A stretch of 64,000 bases of DNA. Source: an uncultured Lachnospiraceae bacterium. Lineage in GTDB: Bacteria; Bacillota; Clostridia; Lachnospirales; Lachnospiraceae. The notes under the pieces are model-generated. The model made no database searches. It was not told the DNA's origin and was given only the letters and a program-made list of their open reading frames with translations. The first letter of the stretch is position 1, and each line of letters begins with the position of its first letter. Positions 36,170 to 44,400 of this stretch are shown piece by piece. The translations under genes and the position numbers were made by a program. Location of the stretch: the NCBI GenBank assembly GCA_910579805.1, contig CAJTWM010000014.1, positions 14,126 to 78,125 of the forward strand, in the 5' to 3' direction.

Positions 36170-38818
36170 ATGAAGCAAAAGAATATATTGGGAAGAGGAA
36201 ACGGAATATTTTTGTTTGTATTACAGCAGCTTATTGCCGTTATTGTAGCGATCGGCCTTACGACAATCATTTTGAACAGCAGCCTGCAGATCGGCGGCTA
36301 TAAAGATGAAAGTATATTTTTGAATCCCCTTGAGTATAATATGAAATTTGAAGAAAGCGATATTTATCAGATTCTGCTGGAAAAGGGAATCCGGGATGCC
36401 GTAAGGATGAGCGTAATCAAGAGTCAATTGGAAACGGACGGAGAATTTGACGGAAATAAAGAAATCGACGTGACCGCGTATGTCAACCGTGCCGAACAGC
36501 TTTCCGGAAAGTATGTGACGGCAGCATATCACTTGGAAGAACTTTTAAAATGGGGAAAATACGGGTTCGAATATACGGGAAAGCTTTTTGACTCCGAAGA
36601 TGAAATGCGGAATTTTTTAGCCCCGTCCACGACCTATACCCAGTATGAAGGAACTTATACCACGGGTTTTCATCCGGTACAGGAAGAGTCAAAAGAAGAA
36701 TACCGGGAATATCAGAAAACTTGGGCGATCGATGAAGAAACGGGCGCATATGTGATGCTGGAGAGTGAGGAAATGGGTGTGGAATATGCAGTATCTTCGG
36801 AAAGTCCCATGTCAGCGAGCGTCACGGTTTCCACTTATTCCGACGACGAGGAAGTAAGCGCCGATACTTATCATACGATTTTGTCAAATCGCTATAAAAC
36901 AGTGGACGGAAAGACGCCGGAGGAACTTGTATCGACTTGGGAGGAATACTATCAGTTATGCGATAATATCAGCATCGCGGCGAACAGCCTGTACAGCAAT
37001 TACAGGGAATATCTTGACTATCAGAAGTCTTACAGTATAGAAAATTCTAATCTTCTCTATTGCATGATCATGATGGTAAACGGGAAAAATGTGTGTTTCA
37101 CCAACGTTACCCTGCCGGAGCTGAATGTGGCGGCAATCAGCGACTATTTCGGGAAATTTAAAAATACGATCTATTACAGTCCTTATGATATGGAATACCG
37201 TACGACTACGGGGATCACGGAAGACTATTTTCTGAAGCTTATGAACGACTATAATTATGTATACACGGATAACACGAAAATCTGGATCGCGGTGGATGAT
37301 AATTACGGAGCGGAGGATGTGTTTGCAAAAGCCGAGTATACTTTTAATCATCTGCTTCCTTCCTGGTGGAAATATGCGGTTGCGATCGTAGGCGGAATTC
37401 TGGTCTGGATAGCGTTATTGGTCCTACAATCCTATTTTACAGGAAGACGGATTGTGATAGAAGGCGATGAAGATATGGAGGATGTGGTAGAAGTCTTCCC
37501 CACAAGGTTTGAAACGCTGCCGACGGAAATCTGGATGCTTCTTTGCGGTCTGGCAGTTGGTATCGTATTCGTTATGATTTTGTTCACCGCCGATATGCTG
37601 AACTGGAAGAAACTGGAGCAACAGACTGTTCTCAATATAGCGATCGTGGAAACTTTGATAACGAGCAGTACGGGATGTCTGGTCTTTTACAGTTTCATAC
37701 GAAGATGTAAAGTGCGTAATTTGTGGACGGGCAGTTTCGCTTATGGGGTTTTAAAATGGTTTTATGAAAAATTCTTATTAAAGATTGCGGGGGCAGGCGG
37801 TGTGATCTACAGAAATATGCCCGTGGCGTTCCGGACTCTTGTGCCTTACGGCGGGCTGATGCTTACAAATGCAGTCGGTATGCTGCTTGGAGTTTTATGG
37901 GGAAACGTTTTCATTATTTTCTTATTGTGCCTGCTGGATCTGGCAGTCGGCTGGATGATGTTCAAAAAGAGCATCGACAATAAGAAGATAGTGGACGGCA
38001 TCGGAGAGATCAGAAACGGAGATTTGAACTATCAAGTCGATACGGAAAAAATGTACGGCGAAAATAAGATTCTGGCGGAGGCGGTAAACAGTATCGGAGA
38101 CGGTATCAGACAGGCAGTGGAAACAAGTATGAAAGATGAAAAATTAAAGGCCGATCTGATCACTAATGTGTCGCATGATATCAAAACCCCGCTCACTTCC
38201 ATTATCAATTATGTAGATTTGTTAAAACGGGAGAAGATCGAGGACGAAAAGATAAAAACTTATATACAGGTTCTGGATGCAAAATCCCAGAGACTGAAGC
38301 AGCTTACCGACGATTTGGTGGAGGCCTCCAAGATCTCTTCAGGAAATATTACCCTTCACATTGAAAAAATCAATATCGTGGAGCTTTTGAATCAGGCAAT
38401 CGGTGAATTTTCAGAAAAGTTTGAGACGAAAGATCTGCAGATGGTAGTCACTTTTGAAAAGAAGGCGATGCATATTGAAGCGGACAGCCGGAGAATGTGG
38501 AGAGTCATTGAAAACTTATTTAATAATATATTTAAATATGCAATGGCAGGAACAAGAATCTATATTGACGGGAAAACAGAAAATAGACAGGTGATACTTT
38601 CCATCAAGAATATATCAGCCCAACCACTGAATATAAACGCAGACGAACTGACGGAAAGGTTTATCAGGGGAGACGTTTCCAGAAGTACCGAGGGAAGCGG
38701 ACTCGGGCTTTCTATTGCCAAGAATCTGACGGAGGCTCAGAACGGAAAATTCCGTATTTATTTGGACGGGGATCTGTTTAAAGCAATCTTAAGTTTTCCG
38801 GAAACGGGAGAAGCGTAA
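36170..38818 (+). CDS. Sensor histidine kinase with a large (~370 aa) extracytoplasmic domain, several TM helices, HAMP-like region, HisKA and HATPase_c
   Basis: H-box 'SHDIKTPLTSIINY', N-box 'ENLFNNIFKYA' and G-boxes 'GSGLGLSIA'. It lies immediately downstream of the response regulator. Confidence 0.9.
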   Translation: MKQKNILGRGNGIFLFVLQQLIAVIVAIGLTTIILNSSLQIGGYKDESIFLNPLEYNMKFEESDIYQILLEKGIRDAVRMSVIKSQLETDGEFDGNKEIDVTAYVNRAEQLSGKYVTAAYHLEELLKWGKYGFEYTGKLFDSEDEMRNFLAPSTTYTQYEGTYTTGFHPVQEESKEEYREYQKTWAIDEETGAYVMLESEEMGVEYAVSSESPMSASVTVSTYSDDEEVSADTYHTILSNRYKTVDGKTPEELVSTWEEYYQLCDNISIAANSLYSNYREYLDYQKSYSIENSNLLYCMIMMVNGKNVCFTNVTLPELNVAAISDYFGKFKNTIYYSPYDMEYRTTTGITEDYFLKLMNDYNYVYTDNTKIWIAVDDNYGAEDVFAKAEYTFNHLLPSWWKYAVAIVGGILVWIALLVLQSYFTGRRIVIEGDEDMEDVVEVFPTRFETLPTEIWMLLCGLAVGIVFVMILFTADMLNWKKLEQQTVLNIAIVETLITSSTGCLVFYSFIRRCKVRNLWTGSFAYGVLKWFYEKFLLKIAGAGGVIYRNMPVAFRTLVPYGGLMLTNAVGMLLGVLWGNVFIIFLLCLLDLAVGWMMFKKSIDNKKIVDGIGEIRNGDLNYQVDTEKMYGENKILAEAVNSIGDGIRQAVETSMKDEKLKADLITNVSHDIKTPLTSIINYVDLLKREKIEDEKIKTYIQVLDAKSQRLKQLTDDLVEASKISSGNITLHIEKINIVELLNQAIGEFSEKFETKDLQMVVTFEKKAMHIEADSRRMWRVIENLFNNIFKYAMAGTRIYIDGKTENRQVILSIKNISAQPLNINADELTERFIRGDVSRSTEGSGLGLSIAKNLTEAQNGKFRIYLDGDLFKAILSFPETGEA

Positions 38819-38825
38819 TGATCAG

Positions 38826-38867
38826 GAGCATTAGGAGAAACTGCAGAATGCGGTTTTCCTAATGCTC
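38826..38867. terminator. Hairpin between convergent genes, a probable bidirectional terminator
   Basis: Perfect 11-bp stem, GAGCATTAGGA (38826-38836) with TCCTAATGCTC (38857-38867). Confidence 0.65.
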
Positions 38868-38873
38868 TAAGTT

Positions 38874-39146
38874 TCATTTTTTTGTTTTTGCAGCAAGCAT
38901 TTTTTCAATTGTGGACAGTTCTGCTTCGGAACTGTATTTTTTGATCGTCTGGATCAGCAGATTCATTTCATTTTCCTGAAAGGTAATATTCTGGGTTTTT
39001 GCCCGCTTCATGATCGACATAAGAAAAGGGAACATTTCTTTTTGCGAAAGTCCCCTGCTTTCAAATACAAGAGCCTGTAAAAAATCCAGTTTTTCAGGAG
39101 CAATATGGGCAACGGCAGGGTCATCCATCCATTTTGGGCGTTCCAT
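38874..39146 (-). CDS. Small helical hypothetical protein (90 aa), third gene of the Cys/Gly-rich operon
   Basis: An AGGAGG RBS is embedded in the end of the upstream gene. Its start lies 1 nt after the upstream stop. No recognisable motif. Confidence 0.6.
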   Translation of the reverse strand: MERPKWMDDPAVAHIAPEKLDFLQALVFESRGLSQKEMFPFLMSIMKRAKTQNITFQENEMNLLIQTIKKYSSEAELSTIEKMLAAKTKK

Positions 39147-39147
39147 C

Positions 39148-39636
39148 TTAGTCCTCCTTATTTTGAAACATGGAAAACATGGTTTGTTGTTCCGGTGATA
39201 AAAGCTGCGACAGCATATCCGGGGAGAAATTAAAAAATTCGTTTCCGCCTTCGCCGCCGGCCATGCCTTCGGGAAACAGTTCTTTCATCATGGTCATGGC
39301 AGCTTCTAAATCTTTGTACTGTTTTATCATATTTTGCATATTCTTAAACTGCGCCAGATAAGAACGTTCCTTTTCGCTGCAAAAAGGAGAGAGTTCATCA
39401 CAAAGGGCACAAAGATCGAAAGTGGGCGGATCGTCTCCCTGACAAAGATTCAGTGAAAAGGGAGAGCCTTCCCGTAAAGAAATAGTGTACTGCAGTTCTA
39501 AATATTTGATATAAATAGCTAAATGATGCCGAAGTTCTTTTTTTACATTCGGAAAAAGAATTTTCAACATTTGAATATGGTTGTTCGTATATAAAGTATC
39601 AAATGCGGCGATCTTATCAGGTTGTTTTAAGTCCAT
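39148..39636 (-). CDS. Hypothetical protein (~162 aa) with a CxxxxxxxxxCxxC...C patch and a Q/M-rich tail; second gene of the operon
   Basis: AAGGGAG RBS before the ATG at 39636. 'CQGDDPPTFDLCALCDELSPFC'. No family recognised. Confidence 0.6.
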   Translation of the reverse strand: MDLKQPDKIAAFDTLYTNNHIQMLKILFPNVKKELRHHLAIYIKYLELQYTISLREGSPFSLNLCQGDDPPTFDLCALCDELSPFCSEKERSYLAQFKNMQNMIKQYKDLEAAMTMMKELFPEGMAGGEGGNEFFNFSPDMLSQLLSPEQQTMFSMFQNKED

Positions 39637-39720
39637 GGCATCTCCCTTCATCTGTCATACCATTTTATGAAAAATGAATGGGGATTATGCAAACAACAAA
39701 AGAGACGCACGATGCGGCCG

Positions 39721-39760
39721 TTCAAAAAAATAGGCCCTTTTAAGAGCCTATTTTTTGAAC
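39721..39760. terminator. Symmetric hairpin with an A-run and a T-run, placed between the Cys/Gly-rich gene and the two downstream genes
   Basis: TTCAAAAAAATAGGC (39721-39735) pairs with GCCTATTTTTTGAA (39746-39759). On the minus strand it lies directly 3' of the 39780 stop. Confidence 0.7.
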
Positions 39761-39779
39761 ATGTGACGATCGCCCCAAA

Positions 39780-40028
39780 TTAGCAGCAGGAATTTCCGCC
39801 GCAGCAGCTAAGCAGGATAAGGATCCAGATGATGCTTTCGCATCCACAGCCGTTGTTTCCGCCTAAGAAATTGCCAAAACCGCCGCCGCATCCGCAGCCA
39901 TTATCGCAACCACAGCCATTATTTCCGCCACAGCAGCAGAGAAGGATAAGGATCCAGATCCAGCTTCCACATCCGTTATTGCTTGCTACATTGTTGCATC
40001 CGCAGTTTGTTGCAGTTAAATCACTCAT
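39780..40028 (-). CDS. 82-aa Cys/Gly-rich protein with two copies of a hydrophobic 'WILILL' core module
   Basis: GGAGG 7 nt before the ATG at 40028. The translation is MSDLTATNCGCNNVASNNGCGSWIWILILLCCCGGNNGCGCDNGCGCGGGFGNFLGGNNGCGCESIIWILILLSCCGGNSCC, with 16 Cys and ~19 Gly. The module NNGCG(S/C)..IWILILL(C/S)CCGGN occurs twice. The DNA repeat 'AAGGATAAGGATCCAGAT' occurs at ~39815 and ~39942. Confidence 0.7.
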   Translation of the reverse strand: MSDLTATNCGCNNVASNNGCGSWIWILILLCCCGGNNGCGCDNGCGCGGGFGNFLGGNNGCGCESIIWILILLSCCGGNSCC

Positions 40029-40267
40029 TGATTTGCCTCCAAAAATATTTGTTTTATGGTATATCTTATGTATGGGGCATGTCACTGTTTCTAGAAAAAT
40101 AAAAAAATATAAAAAGTCCCGGTCATGGAAAATTTTTCTGAAAATTTTCTTCTTTTGAAAAATACTTGAATTTATTATCAGATATAGTAAAATAGATAGT
40201 GTATGAAAATAAAAATGGTAAAGTGAGTAATTTAATGATATAATATACCTTAAAGGAGAAATTCAAT

Positions 40268-41425
40268 ATGCCAACAGGCGGACGGGAAGTTGCCGGAAGG
40301 CAATTCAGGACGAGGGCTGATTATGAAGCTGCCTGCCGGGACGAAAAGAAGATAGAACAGTTAAAACAACGTTATAAATTGGAGGATCCTGACCAGCTCT
40401 TGGAGCTGAATAAAGAGCTTCAAGGCAAAAAATACCGCTTTGAAACGATGGTCGGGGAAGACTTCATTTATGAAATAGAGCAGGCCGCCAAGCATACGAC
40501 GCCGTTGTCTGCCAAGGATAAAAAAAAGAAAAAGAAGCTACATAAGTCAGAAAAGAAGGGGAACTCAAAAACTAAGGAAAAAAAAGATTTGGATGAATAT
40601 GACAGGGAGATGCAGCAGGAGATCCTTAAACAGCTCAGTTTAAGGGAGAGACGCAGAAAATGGATTATCATTTTATGCAGTCTTGTCGCCGTTATTTCCT
40701 TTGGGTATTTTGGAGTCTATTATTATTTTGTAGACCGGACGGCTTCTACCTATGAAAAATGGGCGGATCTCAAGAAGCAGGAAGGGCAGACAGTACCCAG
40801 AACGTCACAAAAGCGCCAAACAGAGGAGGAGACGGAGGAAGAGAGAGAGATTCTGGATGAATATAAAGTTTTATATAATAAGAACAAAAGTCTAATCGGA
40901 TGGGTGAAAATTGACGATACAATTATTGATTATCCGGTTATGCAGACAGTCAATAACGAATATTATCTTACCCATAATTTGGAACAGGAATATGATAAGA
41001 ACGGTTCCATTTTTATGGATACGGACTGCGATATATTGGAACCCAGCACAAATCTTATTATATACGGGCATCATATGAAATCGGGAAGAATGTTTGGAGA
41101 CCTTGATAAATATAGTAATAAGAAGTATTATGAAGAACATCCGATGATTCAGTTCGATACGATATATGAAAAAGGCACTTATGCGGTCATGTATGTGTTC
41201 CGGTCCAAAGTATATAATGAGAATGAAATAACATTTAAGTACTATCAGTTTATAGATGCCAATTCGGCAGAAGAATTTGATTCCAATATGGAAGAAATGA
41301 GCAGGTTATCTCTTTACGATACGGGGGTAACAGCGGGCTACGGCGACAGGCTCTTGACCTTATCCACCTGTGACAGTTCGGAGCAGGACGGAAGATTCGT
41401 CGTAGTGGCAAAAAAAGTAAATTAA
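40268..41425 (+). CDS. srtB: Class B sortase with a long N-terminal cytoplasmic extension and a TM anchor
   Basis: 'GWVKIDDTIIDYPVMQ', 'YYLTHN', 'GSIFMD', 'IIYGHHM' and the 'LLTLSTC' catalytic Cys motif. TM helix WIIILCSLVAVISFGYFGVYYYF. Confidence 0.88.
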   Translation: MPTGGREVAGRQFRTRADYEAACRDEKKIEQLKQRYKLEDPDQLLELNKELQGKKYRFETMVGEDFIYEIEQAAKHTTPLSAKDKKKKKKLHKSEKKGNSKTKEKKDLDEYDREMQQEILKQLSLRERRRKWIIILCSLVAVISFGYFGVYYYFVDRTASTYEKWADLKKQEGQTVPRTSQKRQTEEETEEEREILDEYKVLYNKNKSLIGWVKIDDTIIDYPVMQTVNNEYYLTHNLEQEYDKNGSIFMDTDCDILEPSTNLIIYGHHMKSGRMFGDLDKYSNKKYYEEHPMIQFDTIYEKGTYAVMYVFRSKVYNENEITFKYYQFIDANSAEEFDSNMEEMSRLSLYDTGVTAGYGDRLLTLSTCDSSEQDGRFVVVAKKVN

Positions 41426-41452
41426 TAAATTTACGGTTAGAGGAGAGTTGTG

Positions 41453-44400
41453 ATGGCAAAGCAAGCATCAAAGAAAAAAAGGGTAAACAGAAAATTAAAA
41501 AGGACGATCCGCAAAACGCTGTCAGCGGTATTTATGATCACGGCGCTCATCGTTGCCGCAATACCGGTGCAGAATAACGTGGAGGCAAGCAGCCCGGGAA
41601 CAGGCGGGACTGTGTCGGGAAATACGGAATCGGAGATACCGGCGGTAGGGTACGGCGTGACCAGGGAATATGTAGAAAACGAAAAGATTAAATTTGAGGT
41701 AAATCTTCAAAACGGAGATATCGACGGTTTGGATTCTGCGTTTGATATCGTGAATGTAGGCGGTACCTATTATCTGCAGGAAATCTATAAAGTCGGGACG
41801 TTCAAACTGGGAAATCAGATTTATAATACGTTAGCCGCTTATAATAAATCTTTTATGGCTTCCAATAATAACGAGGTGACAATACCGGGCAGTGTAGTTA
41901 CCAGTTACGGGCAATTTGAGTTTGACATGGAAGAGGTACAAAAGATATATATGGATCCGGCTACCCATACCCCTAATACTGATGCGGATGCTTTGCAGGA
42001 AAGGTATAATAAGCTGTATCCTTCTAATATCATAAGAGCCGGAGATCCGGATACCGGAGAGGGAGCGGTCTATGATATTGATATCCGAAATGAAGATTTG
42101 GCGGCAGAACCGTTGGCAACAAATGTGAAAAAAGTAGTTTTGGATATTTATGCATGCCAGCAGCAAGGAGCGGTTGCTTCCGGTAAGGCAGATGCGCCCT
42201 GCCGCGCACAGGAAGTAGCTATGATTCAGGAAGGGGCAGACGATAAAATCGTTTATGTTGCCTATAATCCTGTTAAGGGAGAGTTTTATGCAGACAAAAC
42301 CCGTACTTTACGGGCAATTGCGGACGACGCTTTTGGGAAAAATGCCTATCCCGGAGACAGCAACGTGATCCAATTAAATAAACTTGTCCTTCCGGATACA
42401 ATCGCTTATATTGGAAATAACTCCTTTGAAGGCTGTTCCGGTATCCGTTCTTTTGAGTTGACAGGTACCGTTACGAATATTGGCTGTCAGGCATTTAAAG
42501 GCTGTACTTCCATGCAGAGCATTAAAATCAACAATTTACAGAAAATAGGGGCGGAAGCTTTTGCGGACTGCAACAGTTTGGGATCTATTACCTTTCCGTC
42601 TACGTTAGATGAGATCGGTCAAGGCGCGTTTTACAATTGTACTTCATTAAAAACGGTAGATATGTCCCAAATAACCGGTGGGGTCATTATTGATGATTTT
42701 GCATTTTATGATTGCACCGACTTAAATAGTTTTAATTTTGGCTCAACGGTATCATCTATTGGCAAAGGCTGTTTTGCCGTAACGGATAATAAGCCGATCA
42801 ACGGTTCGTGGACAAAAATCCAGTTGGCGGATTCAGCCTCGGAATTAGGGGACGCGATGTTTGACGGAAGGACAAATATTGAAGAAGTGATCTTCCCGTC
42901 TACTTACGGCGCCGTTCCAAACTCGGCCAGAACTTCCATACTGGACGACAATTTCTTTAGACGGTGCAGCGCGCTTAAGAGCGTGACCATACCGGGAGCT
43001 TATGCTTCGTTCGGAGTTGACGTATTTCAAAGTGTGGAATCCGACCAGTTTTATGTAGAAGGTCCTGCAACGTATCGGGCGGATGCAGATTATACATTGG
43101 AAGAAAATTATGCTAACCCAAGGGTTTCGGCACATAATGCAAGAATCACTTATAAATTTAAATATGGTAATGAAGAGTTTTTTGATGTGGCCTACAACTA
43201 TCAGCCCAGTGATAACGACGGGAATCCGGTAGTAGATGCCGACGGGAATCCGGTAAAGGTAACGGATTATTATCTGATCAATGTAGCGACCGGAGAGTTA
43301 GAGAAGTATACACCTGATCCAGATAATAATTACAGTACTAAGATTGTAATTAAGGCAAATTATAACGGCGTTTCGGTTACGGGTATCGCGGAAGGATGTT
43401 TTGACTCGGTAAAAGAGACGGCAACCGAATTGATTGTAGAAGACGGTACAATTTCTTTAATCGGTAAGAATGCTTTTAAAGGTTTTGTCCGTCTGCAGAA
43501 GGTACATCTTGGCAATTCCGTTAAGGAGATTGGTGATGGTGCGTTTGCCGGATGTAACTTGCTTGAAGACGTATATTTCAATATGGACGAAGTGAAAATC
43601 GGAAATGAGGCTTTTCAAAAGGATGTAACTGCTTCTCCCACGGGACTGACTTTCCATGGCAAGATCGAAGCGGGATTCGAACCTTATGACTGGGCTATGA
43701 AGCCGGAAAACGAGTTAAGTACTGCGGGCTTGCGTATCCTTTATATGAATCTTCCGCCAAGTAATTTGGGAACGATCTATGACCGGACGTCGGAAGGAGA
43801 AAATATCTCCGTTCCGTTGATCTTTTATCCGATCTATAACTATTTGGATGCGGATAATGAAGACTACAGAAAAACAAAAGCGGAACAGCTTGGATTAGGA
43901 AACTGGGAAGATTATAGTATTATTAAAAGAGTAGAGGCCGGGGCTGCCGGAGACAATCAGGACGGAGATTATGCGGATGCGGACGATTTGGCATATGCAA
44001 ATGCGACAAAGCATATAGTGATCCCGGCGGGAGTCACGTCTATCGATACGCCCAAGTACTATGGCTCTGCAGAAAATAATACAAATGTTACTACTTATGT
44101 GCAGTATAGTGAGGGGCCTGGGAAAGTAACCAATTCAAGAGAAGCGATACGTTATGCGAGTCTGACGAATGTGGTAGATGACCATACGGTCGTGCCTGGT
44201 TTGTTCAGCGGCTGGTACGAGGATTATGTTCCGGGAACTGATGAGGCTTCAGAATATGAAAAAGAAGTCAAAGGAAACGACCGGGTAGAATCCATTACTA
44301 TGTTCACGGTAGAATCCATTCCCGATTATGCGTTTGACAGTTGTGAACGGTTACAGAAAGTGGATTTGGGCGCGGGATGTAAAAAGATCGGCCTTGCGCC

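Noticed and set aside
39829-40158. 109-aa proline-rich ORF on the + strand (PQPLFPP...)
   Set aside because: It is the antisense reading of the GGN/TGY-rich Cys/Gly gene. It has no RBS, whereas the minus-strand ORF has a perfect GGAGG RBS.
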